Positions 24,600 through 37,717 of a DNA stretch of 64,000 nucleotides are shown here, in pieces. The notes under the pieces were generated by a model. It was not told the origin of the DNA, searched no databases, and saw nothing but the letters and a program-made list of their open reading frames with translations. Numbering within the stretch: the stretch's first letter is position 1; each line of letters starts with the position of its first letter. The stretch lies in assembly GCA_053919585.1 (NCBI GenBank), contig CM132792.1; one strand, 5' to 3'. The stretch is from Euprymna scolopes (taxonomy: Eukaryota). Both the position numbers and the translations under genes were made by a program.

Positions 24600-27500
24600 A
24601 TAGAATTGTAGAAGGCAGTACAATACAGAAGTAACGGAAAGACACAAGCTGAAGCAGGTGAGAAATTTATTAATACAACTTATAAATACATGTGTACATA
24701 TTCATATTTCATATACGCAGTATATTTATATCTGCACAGTGGTCACCTGGGAAAGTCGGTCTGGTGGTATATCCGTGTAATATAATATTTCGAGAAAGAT
24801 CTCTTCGTCAGATATTTACTTAACTTTTGATAAACATGCTGTTGTAAGCAGTAACTATACCGCAGCAAATCATCGCTCGGAACTTGTGGGTAGTATATGG
24901 TTCGAGGGTTTTTTTTTCTCAATTCTTTATTTTATATTTCTAAATTATTTATTTTTATTATTTTATTTTATTTATTTGTTGTTGTTTTTTGTTTTATAGT
25001 TTATCTTTGGTTCAAACGCGTTGTTGTAAATAGTAACAGTATCGGGCTAAATAATTGTCCAAACCTGTTGGTGGCTTTTTAATTTAATATGATTGAGTTT
25101 GTTTTCCTTTTACTTATTTTTATTTCTAATTTATTTATTTTATTTATTTTTTAGTAGTTTATGTTTATATTGAGGAGATTTAATTAACTAATTTATTTGT
25201 TGTTTGTGTTTCTGCGTTCTGTTTGAGGTGGTGGGAGCGTAGACTTAGAATAAATCGGTTGGTCAAGGGAGACTACTTGATGAGTTGTTCTAAGGGGGAT
25301 AATCGTTACCGATACTTCTTCTCAGTTGCATTACTTTCTTTATGTATTTATTTGTTTGCTTATTTATTTTATTTTAGTGATATTATTCTCATTCTGGGGG
25401 TATTTTATTTAATTCGTTATGTAGTGTATATATACTCATTTATGGATTCTTGTATCTTTAATTCAATTATATAGTAACTATAATTATTTATTTATATATG
25501 CAATGTGTTATGACGAAGTGGTTAGAAGTTATTTTGAGAATTTTAGTAATTTTTTTTTTTTTAATTTTTTAAATAATGTATTTATTTATTTGAGTTAACT
25601 TGGATTTCTGTTTTTAGTGTATTATGTCTTATTGTTATTTGCGATTAATATTATTAGGTTTACTCGGAGAAATCAATTGGGTTATATTGGGCCATATAAA
25701 CTTATAAATTTGCATGAGTCATATACATGTAGCCGTGTAGCCAACATGCTCGCACTATCTAATTCATATCTTAGGCTTGCTATTTAATTGTTAAACATTG
25801 TTATTATTATTAATGTGTAGTAATCTTGACTAGGTATTGCTTATTTATTATTTTGTTGGTTTATTTATTTTGATTTATTTTAATTTAATTTTGGATTTAT
25901 TTTATTTTGTTTATTTATTTTTTAATTGTATTATACAATGGTGGGATGGTGTGAATTAAGTTAAGAATGAAGAGCCTAATTCATGTCGGCGATTAATCTT
26001 GGGATGTAATTTGGCAATCAGGATTGATTCTTTGATACGAAGGTTGCCAACATTGCGTTCGGTGGCTAAAAATATCTACTCTGATGGATTTGTTAGTGTT
26101 GCCGCATGTGTGAAGGTGTTTGCGAACAGAAGAGTATGTTTGTATGTGGTCTTTTACTCTAATGTGCAGGTGTCTCCCTGAGCTACCGACGTATGATTGG
26201 TCACAATTGGTGCACTGTAAGCGATATATTGTGTATGTACGGTGGCACATGTTAGTGGTGTTCATCGGGCAGTTAGTTAGGGTGCAGGGTACGTTGCTTA
26301 GGTGGGTTTTGCGTTTTAACAAATGCTGTCGTAGTGATGGCCCAGTGTGCATAAGTTGTATGTCTAGGCCTCTCTGTGTATAGCTTTGCAGATGGCTGTT
26401 GTGATCTTGTTGTTGAAATGGGGCAGCTTTAGAAAGCAGGTGTTAGAGGAAGAATGTTGCGTGCGTCTTCTAGATTTATTGAGGTTTTCAGTGGTTGGTT
26501 TTGGGTATCAATTGGTTTCTAGCACTTGGTTGAATTTATTTATGCAGGTATTTTTATCCGCTTCGTTGCTGCATTTGTTGCGGTTGCGCGCTATTTCATT
26601 CCTCGCATAGCTTATTTTAGCTTTACAGGGGAGGGCAGATTTATAGTGTACGAAGAGATCTCTACAGTCGGGTTTCTTGTAGAATTTGGTGGATATATTA
26701 CCGTCTTCGGAGATCTTGAGGTTGAAGTCTAAAAGTGCCAGGGATCCAGAGCTGTCGGGATGCTCGATGGTGAACTCGATGTGTGGGTCGGTGTTGTTAA
26801 ACATGTTAAAAATTGAGTTTGCGTCCTCCCGGGAAGGTGTTAAGAGGAGGATATCATCAATGTATCGCGTGAAGAAGGTGTAGGAGTAGCAGGCGTTGAG
26901 GGTGCGACGTTCGAGTTTGTCCATGAATGCGATAGCGAGTAGTCCTGACAGGCTGGACTCCATAGGCAATCCTGTGATTTGTATATATGTTGTTTGTATG
27001 TGAAGTAAGTGTTATCTATTATTATTTCTAGGAGGTCATGTATATCAGTTCCAGTGAGGCCAAAGCAATAGAGGTTACAGGACGAAATGCAGTCGGTAAT
27101 TATGTCAATTGCCGGGTATGCAGGGACAGATGTGTAGAGGGCGACGACGTCTAGGCTGAAGGCATATCTGTTGTGCTTGAGTTGTTCTGATGTAAGTGAA
27201 CGTAACCTAAAGATGACTTCATTAGAGCTGCTGACGTGTCCCGGGAAGGTTGGGAGAGGTGGTTTTAAGAGGTGGGAAAGAAGCCAGGAAATTTTGTAGA
27301 GTGGCCTTCTTCTTTGCTGGATACTATGGGTCTTATTTTGGTGGTGGGGCCTGTTTTATGGGTCTTAATGAGGTGGTAGAATGTGGGAAGCCTTCTGTTT
27401 CTTGTGGTGAAGTTGTGTCTATATTTTCTAGGGATGCTCTTTTTGTTGCAAATGTTGGTCCAGGCTATATTGATGCGGTGTTCTATTTGTATAGAGGAAA

Positions 27501-27780
27501 TGCTGTTAACTGGTGTGTATAGTGTCATCGCTAAGGTGAGAGAAAGCAAGTGTGTCGTATGTGGCCTGTGAGATCACACAAAATTCTTTCCCCTTGTCTG
27601 AGGGTAGGAAGATGAGATCTTTGTTTCTTAGGTTTTCTAGTGTAGTGCATTGCGATCTTGTTAGGTTGGGTATAATTTTATTCTCTTCGCGTTGTAGTAT
27701 GGAGAAAATATTTCATTTTAGACGTGTGAGTTTGATGTCTAATTCACTGTTATTTGGTGGTGGGTGTAACTACATCCACC
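24600..27780 (-). mobile_element. Penelope-like element 3 with long A-rich 3' region
   Basis: PTFYHLIKTHK..IRPIVS, SLDVVALYTSVP, GLPMESSLSGLLAIAFMDKLE, RYIDDI, LALLDF, IYRLQCTNCDQSYVGSSGRHLHIRVKDH; coding part about 25975-27720. Confidence 0.88.
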
Positions 27781-27855
27781 TCTTATATATATATATATAT
27801 ACGTAAATTGAATAAAATCACAACCTACATGAATATAAATTCACTTTTTTGGCGT

Positions 27856-27949
27856 TAAGCTCTTACAGCTGTTTCGTGAAAGGATGGACAATTACCTCTC
27901 ATCCATAGAACTGTAAATCTTCCATCCAGTCACTCCTCAGAGACGCTTA
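27856..27949 (-). ncRNA. Type I hammerhead ribozyme, PLE-associated
   Basis: taagcgtct CTGAGGA gtga..ggatgga..tccatcc..tcac GAAA cagctg TA agagctta: full core, stem I, extended stem II and palindromic minimal stem III. Confidence 0.8.
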
Positions 27950-28089
27950 CAACTATTCCCAACAAGTTCTTCAATCCGTTGTGAACACGTTTATTAATAA
28001 ATTAATAGTTTAACCCTTTTCTTTATTTTAAATTTAATACCGTCTTTTGGGGATTAGCATGGTTTTGTGAGAATTTAACGCTACAGCCT

Positions 28090-29030
28090 TTACCTACAAC
28101 GGCTTGCACAGTATATTTTGCGTAAATGTCAGTACAAATAAAACATTTTTTAAATAAATATATGTATTGTGCAACGCTATTTTTGAGGTTCCTTTCACAA
28201 TATTATTTTGATCCGTCAACAAGCTCGATATGTTCCTCTGAAGTCAATCTCAAATTTTATGACTTTTTATCATTTATAATATAGGTAGTAGCCACAAAAC
28301 CGACTAAAAGTTCCAAATTATCAGAAATAATGTGAGGATTTATTCCTACCTTGTATTAGGAATAACTGTTTTCTTCAGTCTCTATTTTTCTGCAGAATTT
28401 GGTATCGTGTTCTTTCTCCACCGAATTTACACCATCTGCTTTTATCAGTTTTTTGCAAAGTGATCATTTTTCTTGCACTGAAAACAGGGGGTGGGGGACT
28501 TTTTTGTATGAAGTTTTCATAATGGAGTCTTCCATTTTGGGTATCGTGTTTTCCTCATATGCACAAAGCAATGCCTTGAATTCCATCAGTCTGTGGTGTT
28601 TCTCTTTGCGTGTTGAAAGTAGATGGTAGTCCTTTTAATAGCATAGCTATTGCAAAGAATCTGAAATTGTCTCCCCACAATTTTGGCACGAATAATGTAA
28701 CCGATAACATCTTTATCCTTGTGTTTTTGAAGGGTGCAAAGTTCTGTGTACAAAGCAATAACTTTTGGCTTGCCTTGTGACAAGTAATGCTCTCTTAAAA
28801 TTTTTACTGCTTTTCTCCCATCTTTCGCGTCCCACATGATTAATGCCAAGCTTTTGTCGTCCAAAATTTGGATTAGTTCTCTGTGGTTTGATTTCATCAC
28901 CTTCCTTTTTTAACTCGGCTTTTAGTTTTAGCTTGTGTAGATGTCCCATGAATTTAATTTTGAACATCTCATAATCGTTTTCATCGCCGTCAAACATTAG
29001 TCAAAATAATGTGCTCGTTCCATAACCTGA
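28090..29030 (-). mobile_element. Copia gag/protease remnant with PBS; probably the same element as 21152-21765
   Basis: FDGDENDYEMF..KF and LDDKSLALIM..KDGRKAVKILREHYLSQGKPKVIALYTEL. CA|GGTTATGG at 29020-29029 resembles the copia half-tRNA-iMet PBS GGTTATGGGCCC. Confidence 0.78.
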
Positions 29031-29113
29031 TGAACTAAAAATGTTTGAATATATAGAAAAGCATATATATATATATATATATATATAGGAAATTTATTGC
29101 TGTGAGTCCAGAA

Positions 29114-29190
29114 TGAATTTACATTTTGTTTCCACTAGGAAGATATCCTCTGAAGATGAGGAGAGATCCGACCAGCTTCGTCAGAATTCA
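29114..29190 (-). ncRNA. Type I hammerhead ribozyme at the 3' end of PLE 4
   Basis: tgaatt CTGACGA a-gctgg..ctagt-g GAAA ca-aaa-tg TA aattca: perfect 6-bp stem I; the first pair of stem II is mismatched. Confidence 0.72.
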
Positions 29191-30132
29191 TAGATGGACT
29201 GAGCTTTAACACCAATAAGAATGGAAAAAATCGTTGTAGATGAAGGGGGGTTAAATTAGAAGGGGGGGGCGTTGGAATTTAAAGTAGGAGGAGTGTATAT
29301 AATGTTTATTATTAAATATTAATTATGTGTTTATATTTATAGACGCTGTTGTAATTTATAATGGTTTAAGTTTAAAACTTTGAAAAATACTAGTCCTATT
29401 GTATATATTTAGGATTTAAATTTTAAGGTGGAGAAATCAAATCTATCAAAGAATAAGAAATAGATGAGACCAGAACAGGAGCCAAAAGAGAAAAAGTTTG
29501 GTTGAAATAAAGTAGGCGATGGGGGTGGGGGAGAGAGATTAGGCGGACAATTAAAGTAGTATATAGCGATTAGTAGTTTTTTTTTAACAAATCACCATGG
29601 CAACTGGTTGCAAAGTCAGCATTGGCCTGCGTGGTGTGGTGGGAGGAGGAAGAATGGGTTGCATACGAGTTTAAAGCAATAGTGAGAGTGGTGTGTGTGT
29701 GGGGGGGGGTTGAATAATATTTTTTATTTTTTGAATTACCGGACGCTATGATTGAAAAAGGAAAAGAAAGGAAAATAGAAGAGGAGAAACTAAGGAATTA
29801 TACGTTACAGGGTTTTTTTTTAATAATATAAAAAAATGTAGGTAAGAATATCAGTAAATTAGTAGATATTTAACATATGAATGGGTAGTTAGTAAGTAAT
29901 AATAACCAAATAATAAAATAATAAATATATATAAAAAATTGTTTATGATAAGTAAATTGGTTACGGGGTAGTGGACAAGAAATAACCAACTAATAATTAC
30001 TAAGAAAAAATTAATAAACAGATGGGGGATTTAGAAATCAATAAAGAGTAAGATATAAATTATAATGTAACATAATAACTAGTTGATTAAAAGGTAATAT
30101 TAATATTATTAAGTAATAGTAAGATTGAAATA

Positions 30133-30328
30133 NNNNNNNNNNNNNNNNNNNNNNNNNNNNNNNNNNNNNNNNNNNNNNNNNNNNNNNNNNNNNNNNNNNN
30201 NNNNNNNNNNNNNNNNNNNNNNNNNNNNNNNNNNNNNNNNNNNNNNNNNNNNNNNNNNNNNNNNNNNNNNNNNNNNNNNNNNNNNNNNNNNNNNNNNNNN
30301 NNNNNNNNNNNNNNNNNNNNNNNNNNNN
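30133..30328. other. Assembly gap (196 N)
   Basis: Run of N. Confidence 1.
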
Positions 30329-32838
30329 ATAATTAAAGAGAATTAGTGAGAGGCAAATATAAGAAAATATAATATGTAGATGGTAAATTAAATAATTAGT
30401 TAACAAGTAAATAATAAACAGAAGAGCAAGTCAAAGGATACAGATTATGATAATGACGTAACTAAAACCCTAGCAATCAAATTAGCCAATAAGTAACGAT
30501 GAGGCAAGAACTCCGAGTGATTGGCAGATTATTAGGATAAACAGATTACTGATAGTTATGGGTTGTAAATGTGTGGTAGATAGGGCTATGGAGTCGTAGA
30601 TGAGTACATAGTATTCATGTTAAGGGACTGATACTTAAGAGAGTTAGGAGAGGTTTGGAAGGTATTGTGGGGGGTTAGGGAGGCAAATTTTTGGTGTGAG
30701 GAGGTGGTGTAGGGAAGTGAAAGTGGAAGCCGATTTATAGAGAAGTGAAGTGTGAAATGCGGTGTGTTAATTAAAGCCAGTGCTTGTGTGGTGTTATGAG
30801 GGGGAAGGAGGGTTAAGATGTGATTAGGGTTGGGATTTAAGCTTTAAAGAATGAAAGGAGGAGTGTTAGGCAAAGAGATACAGTTAACAAGTGGTGGGGA
30901 TAAATTGGTGGTGGTTGTGTGATGGGGTTCTTTTAGAGTGTATATACAGTTCCGGTTGTAAGTAGGGGGGTGTGGGATTAAGAATCAAGTGAGTTATGCG
31001 TTTCCTATAATTGGGCAATTACGTTATTGGTATGCAAACGGTATAGCATTTTATTTTAGGGGTGGGGTGGTTTATAGATATTGTTAGAAAGGTGAGAAGT
31101 TACTTAAGAGGTGGGATTTATAATGTTTGCAATTAAGTGAGGTTTCGTTTTTTTTTTTTTTTGTTTTTTTTAAGTCTGTCCCTATCTTTAAAGTTAGTAA
31201 TTAGTAATTTTTCTGTTAAGCATAGGTAACATGAGGAGTTTAGTGATTTACATGTACTAGATCTGTTCAGAATTCCCCAGCTAATAATTGGGGTGAGGTT
31301 GTTACGGGTAAGTAGTAGATAGTGGTTAGTTAGTGAAGTACTATTGGGGTGGTTGGGGTTATTTAGGGAGCATTTGTGTACTCTAAATCTGTCTTTGAAC
31401 GCAATGCTTGAGAGGCCAATGTAGAATTTTTCATTTTGTGGGTCTTCAGTGGGAGCAATAGTTGCTTTGTAAACTACATTAGTTGAGAGACAATTTTGTT
31501 GGAGTGGGCATTGGGCTTTGTTAAGGCAGTTACAATTATTTTGATTATTGTTATTATGGTGATTAAAACAATATTGTTATTATGGTGATTAAAGCAATAT
31601 GATTAAAAAAACAATAAAATACTAAAGTATTTTATTGTTTTTTTATTTTGTTTTTTAGATTAGTTGTGCAGTTTAATAGTGTTCTTATTAAAAAATTTAT
31701 GCAGGGAGGAAGTGATGGTTAAGAAGCATAAAGAATTTTTTACCTAATTTAGTTTTTATCATATTAAACCAGAGGACTTTGCGGGATCTGTTATTCTTAT
31801 TTGTATTATTGGATTTATTAGGGTCCAAGTATGTGATATTAGTGTTGGGGTATCCAGATTCCTTTAAAGTGTTTTCAAAGAAGGGTTTGTGTAGGTTAAA
31901 AATGCTGGGATTAGAGGAGTTTGTGCGAAGCCTTTTTTCTATTGATTTAGGGATATGTTTAATAATGTGTTTGGAGTGGTTAGACATAGGGTGTATATAT
32001 AATTTTTAGTGTATGGTTCGTAGGTATTATTAGGGAGGTTAAAAGTAACATCCAGAAAATTTACTATTTTTATGTTGGAAGTCACTTCGATCTTTAGGTC
32101 CATACTCTTCAATTCCCTGATGATGTTCTTTTTAATGCCTTCGCACTTTGGGCCGTTGGAGTTTTCAACAATGATGAGGCCATCATCTCTGTAAAGTCCC
32201 ACGTTGTTGTTGGAGATATACTTTGTAAGATTGTATAAGATGAAAAGGCCTAAGTCAGTGGCCTCAACTGCATCAAGGGCACCTATTGTAAGGTCGAAGG
32301 GGGTGGGTTGGTCTTTTTTAGTCCATTGAGAGTCTTGTCTTAGTAGGACAGTTTTACGGCATTTTATAATGAGGTTGGTTTCGAACGGTTGAATATCGGA
32401 GAATGTAGAAGCAAAATCCAAGACAATGTCAAAAAGGCGTTTGGAAATAGACGGGTAGTAGTTAATTATGTCAAATTGGATGAATGCAGCATTATTCTTG
32501 TTAGGGATCCTTTTGAACCAATTAATAGCGTCCTCAGTGTTAATCCACTGGGTTAGGTTGAATCTATTTTTAATTTGTTTATTAATTCTTTCAAGAATTA
32601 TCTTCCTGATTCTGCCAATTTCAGGTCTGGTGGGGTTAAGCTTGGTTTGTGGTCTGGTACGGAAGTTTTCTTTCTGGTCTTTGATGAGGAGGTATGCATC
32701 TTTAGTATTTAGCTTAGCTACTCTGTTGTTTAAGTTTAGAGTATCTGTGGTAATTTTGCTATTCATATTTATGTCTTTGATCATGTCGATATTTGATTTT
32801 TTGTAGATTGAGGCGAGATTATAATTTAAAAGTTTTAA

Positions 32839-32898
<60 letters not shown>

Positions 32899-33429
32899 CT
32901 ACACATTGAGCACTCGTCCGGGTTTTTTTCACTACTGAAGAAATATGTGTGTGTGTGTGGCGGTCAAAATATTAAGGAAGGTCCACACAACAAACAGGAG
33001 ATAGGTCTTTCAAGTTTTTATTTTTTGATAATCAAAATGAGAGGGAACAAGACTCCGAAATAAAGAGTTCCAAATAAGGGGACATCACTCAGGATGTGAA
33101 AGGTTTACCTTTAACATGACGCTAAAAAATATTTTTTAAAAATTGGAAAAACTTACTCAAAACTTCATATCGCAGAATATTGGAATTTTATTCTATTTAA
33201 ATCTTTTAAAAATTATTTTTTTAGAATTCTGTTTTTTTTTGGGGGGGGGGGGTTCTGTGATTTAATGTTGATTATTTTAAAACATAATATTGATTTAATG
33301 TTCATTTTTTTTACAACTTCAAGGTAAGTGATATAGATAATGGGTTTATATACAAATTTTAGGGCCAAAAAATATTACCACTTTTAATCATACACAAGTT
33401 TTCAAAATGAACATTTATTCCAAATTTTA

Positions 33430-34050
33430 TTCATGTTTCATAATGAATATTTAAAATTTGATGACAGTCTTCTCACTTTCTCTCCTTTCCTACACAGTTC
33501 AATAATTGATGACATGTTCAATCCACACTCATCTTCTGTGGATTACAACTGCAACATGCACATTGAAGTTTGTTTATGATGACATTGCCGCACATCTCTG
33601 GAATTTTTCAAATTTTCTGATTGGCTTTAATAGTCTGTGAGTTGTTGCAGTACACTCTCTCCTTCAGGTACCCCCATAGGAAGTAGTCTGTGGGAGAAAG
33701 ATCAGGAGAGTAGGCAGGCCATGCGTTGTTCGTGCACCGTAAGATGAGTCTGTCTCCAGGAAAGTACTCGTTGAGGAAATCCAGTGACACATTTGAGCAA
33801 TGTGGTGGCACACCATCCTGCTGATGTATGACATTACTCATATTGACTCCCTTCTTTCTCCTAAATGCAAGAATAAATTTCCTCAACATTTCTACATAAC
33901 AATCAGTGTTGACAGTCACTGAACGGCCACGCTCATCTTTGAAAAAGTATGATCCAATGATTCCTGTATGACCAATAGCACACCACGCAGTAACCTTTTC
34001 AACACTCAAATTCTGCTTATTAACATGTACATTGAGGTGGAAATATGCTT
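33430..34050 (-). mobile_element. Mariner-type (rosa/DD41D-like) transposase fragment
   Basis: KVTAWCAI..GIIGSYFF, HQQDGVPPH, WPAYSPDLSPTDYFLWGYLKERVY; 42 residues between the last two Asp. Confidence 0.85.
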
Positions 34051-34072
34051 CATCACTAAAAAAAAAAACAAA

Positions 34073-36222
34073 TCAATCATTAACTGTTTTCAGGCCCTGG
34101 AAACTCTTTGGTCCTTTAACTTTATGCAGAAGTATGCAGAGGAAATAGCATTCAAAATTAGTTGGATGGACAGTGTATACTCTGCCAAGTGCATAGGAAC
34201 TGAAAACATTTAACTGACCTTCAACTGTTTCCTTTTTGTCTACGTTTCCATTTCCTACGGGCATTGCCCCATGTATAGTATTTGGGTAGTTGATTATTAA
34301 AAAGAGTACATGCAAAATCATCCTCCCTGTAAAGTTCCCAAAAAGATATAAGGGTAGTTGACCTGGGAGCATGAAGTTGCTGTTCAACATTTTGTGCTAT
34401 TTCTGGATTAAAGTAAATTCTTTGCCCATTTTCCAGGTTTACATCAAGATGAATTACAGGAAGGTATCGTTCGTGAATAGGGAAGCTTAATAACTTCCAA
34501 ACAGTTTCATTACTACTAATATACCTGGCTTTCCTGTAACATTGGATTTCATCATTCTCATTAGCAATACCACACATAGCCATATCATTTCCTTTGTTAA
34601 TATACTTGCACACATATTTAATTAATTTAACACTGTTGCAAAATTCAACATTACTATGTGCATCAAAGGTCTTTGTGAGATTGGAGAATATGGTACAATC
34701 CATGAATTATTTAATTGAAATTCTAAATTTCCATGCTTGATGTTAACCTGGAAACCACCATTACCTGGTTTTCAGCGTCGGTACTTGGGGTATCCATCGT
34801 GACCCGTTTCAGTATCAGAAACTGCTTTGGATATCTTTTAGCACATTTGCCATCAGCCATGCTAGGAGATTTGGGGCTAAGGAGATCGCATGGACCATGA
34901 ACCATCTGGGTTTTAATAATCAGAAAGAGGACAGGATCATCCTCAGGATCAGGGAGCTCAGTACTGATAATTTTGTCAATGTAATTAGGCCTGATCTTAT
35001 CAAAAAGCCACAGTAAAATATGAGCATGGGGTAAGCCCCTTTTCTGCCATTCAATAGTGTACATGTAGCATTGGGTACGACCATATATTTGGTGATTATT
35101 TAAAAAAATAATAAATTTTTTTTAGTTTTTGATGAAAAACTCTGGCAATCAAATCCTGCTTTTGATGTGGTTCTTGCCCTGCAAACAAATAACACTTGAT
35201 TTCTTCCCATTTGGGATTGCATGTAAAGGTGATAAATGAATCAGATTTGCCATATTCCCTTACATAAGACATGGCGTCCTGTGTTTGTTCATGCCTATAA
35301 CGTTGTCCTCCAGTAAAAGTAGAAGGGAGAATCACTAATTTACCAACATTATTAATACTGTCATTAGCTATAGCATCCCTTAGATGAACATAAGAATCTA
35401 CTCTGAGTTTTGACTGATTTTGTCTTTTGTAAAGAAGTCTCTCAGTCTCCACTTTTGCATACATGTCCACCAGAAACTGCAGAAAAAGCTCTCTGTAATA
35501 TAAAGGATGATTAGCTGGGGCTTCTCTGAACATGATCATGTATGCATAAAAGTCCTTGGAAGATACTTTTTTGTTGAGGCTGATCTGACCATTATCAGGG
35601 ACCACTTGCATTATGTGAAAAGTATATTCATCCTGTCTTTCCCAGAAGATCAAGGGATACTGAAGGGCATTATAAGACCTGTGAGTTTCTATTATACGTT
35701 GTTTTCCTTTTCCTGTAGGGTTCAAGACAATATATATACAGTTACGTGGACTAATAACAATATCTCTGTAGTAGATGCCTCACCAACCATTAGTATGGCA
35801 ACTTCATTGGTAGTAAGTGCATCGTAGCGGCGTACATGTTCCCCTGCTGGTCTTCTTTCTGAACAAATAACTACACGGAAATCTCCACATTGAGCTTGCT
35901 GCTCCAAATCTGTTTTAAAAGCACGAATCAGGTGATTACATTCGGTAAGCATATACTGAAGATCGCTAACAATTTGATCATCAAGGTGCTGGAAAGTGTA
36001 ACAACATCGGTTACTTTGCTCTTGATAATCACTCATGAAATAAACCTGGAAGAAAGTGGGCTGTTCATTAGGCAATGGAGCTATTGAACCAATAAGGTGA
36101 TAAACCTGACCTTGTACTCTAAAGGTTGGCATGAAGCCTTCTTCAACAACTATTTTGTCAGCACCAAAAGAAGTTATTTGAAATGCACAATTATATTGCC
36201 TTATATTGTTAAGGAACAACTT
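34073..36222 (-). mobile_element. Helitron 2 Rep fragment
   Basis: FRVQGQVYH, YNALQYPL, ILPSTFTGG, FITFTCNPKW, IEWQKRGLPHAH, KYVCKYINKG. Confidence 0.92.
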
Positions 36223-37148
36223 TGATTGATCCTAGTTTTCATGTGGACGGCCAAATTGTAATGCGCCAATAAGTCGGCACCGAGCAGGGGTGTTTTAACG
36301 TTGGCTACGGTGAACGACCACTTGAGATCTCGCCTGAGGTTGATGTTCAGTGTCAAATCCTTCTTCCTGTAAGTTTCTATGATCGAGCCGTTTGCGGCCC
36401 GAAGTTGGAATGACGTGGGCTTTAAGACGGATTTGTTGTGGGGTGGGATGACACTGATGGCTGCACCGGTATCAACGAGAAATTTTAAGCAGTTGTTCCA
36501 GTCCCACACGTAAAAAAGACGACTGTACAATGGTGTACCAGCAGGGGTCGTCGCCGCTGCCTGCTGGCTTACTCGTTTCCCTGTCCCATTTGGTGTATGC
36601 AGGGAGGTCAACATTTGCGGGCTTGGTTCCCGAAGTTCTGGTGGTACCAGCATTCGTCTGGGTTGTTACTTCGTCGGCGGCTGGAACTGCGAGTTCTGGT
36701 GCGATCCCGGGCATGTAGTGGCGGGCTTCGATCCCGGGTGAGTGATGGCGGGCTTCGCTGCCTCTGGAGTGGAGATAACTTCAGATCTTTTAACTCTGCC
36801 CATAACTGAGCCATCTCCTCTTCGAAACGCCGTGCCAGGCTTTGTGGGCCGTTATCACCTTGGTGGACTCTTCGGTGGGTCCTTTCCACCTGGTGGACTC
36901 TTTCTTGAGTGTCGTCAGCTTGGTGGGCTCGTTCGTGGCTGTTGTCTACTTGGTTGACTCTTTCGTGTCCTCAGGAATAGATTTTGTCAGCTAAGTCGGC
37001 GACCACTTTCAAGGAGGTATCTACTGGTACCAGTGCTAGGGTGATGTAAGATGGTAACTGATCCATCCACAAGCCTCGGAGAATGGGTTCTGCCATTGAA
37101 ATAAGTTGTAGAGTCGATTGTCTCCGGACGACCGGCTACCGCAACAAG

Positions 37149-37166
37149 TGGTGACCCCGACGTGAT
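37149..37166 (+). promoter_or_regulatory. Primer binding site, tRNA-Trp
   Basis: TGGTGACCCCGACGTGAT just after the LTR end ..GCAACA; complementary to the 3' end of eukaryotic tRNA-Trp. Confidence 0.85.
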
Positions 37167-37586
37167 CTTTCGACACGGGCAAACGGCTGGCAGAGAAGAT
37201 GGCAGAAAGTGGAGACAATACGGAGATCCATGCAACAGCTCCATGCATCCAGCTCCCGCCATATAATGTGATTAATACCCGAAGTTGGTTCATCCAGCTT
37301 GAGGCTATCTTTGCGGCCAGAAAGATAGCACGCCAAGACGCAAGGTACGCCTCGGTGGTACAGGCACTACCGGCGAATGTGGTTGAGGAGGTAGAGGATG
37401 TCCTACTGAACACACCTGATCATCACCCATACAACCACCTCAAAGACGCCATCCTCAAAAGAACAGGACGCTCAGACGAGGAACTCATCCGAGACCTCTT
37501 CGCTAATATGACTCTGGGTGATAGGACCCCATCACAGCTACTGCGCCTTATGAAAAGTCGCCTGGGAGAAAATACAATGGCAGAAC

Positions 37587-37717
37587 CCTTTTCGTCTTTT
37601 AAACGATCAATCCGTGTCTGTCGTTTCTTCTTTGCCAGTTCACCGTTTTTCTTACTGCCAGTGAACTGGCAAAGAAGAAACGACAGACACGGATTGATCG
37701 TTTAAAAGACGAAAAGG
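37587..37717. repeat. Perfect 57-bp inverted repeat with 17-nt spacer
   Basis: 37587-37643 is the exact reverse complement of 37661-37717. Confidence 0.95.

Larger units (their letters stand above)
29090..32835 (-). mobile_element. Penelope-like element 4 (coding about 31190-32830, long 3' region spanning the gap)
   Basis: FIQFDIINYYPSI, VGLYRDDGL, VNFLDVTFNL, CNCLNKAQCPLQQNCL, FYIGLSSIAFKDRF, CYLCLTEK. Continuity across the N gap is assumed. Confidence 0.85.

Noticed and set aside
24785-24816. Fourth hammerhead (aatat CTGACGA agagatctttctc GAAA ta TT atatt on minus)
   Set aside because: Core words are present at a PLE 3' end, but stem III is essentially absent and stem II is offset; too weak to call.
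30038-30406. ORFs spanning the N run
   Set aside because: Artefact of the assembly gap.
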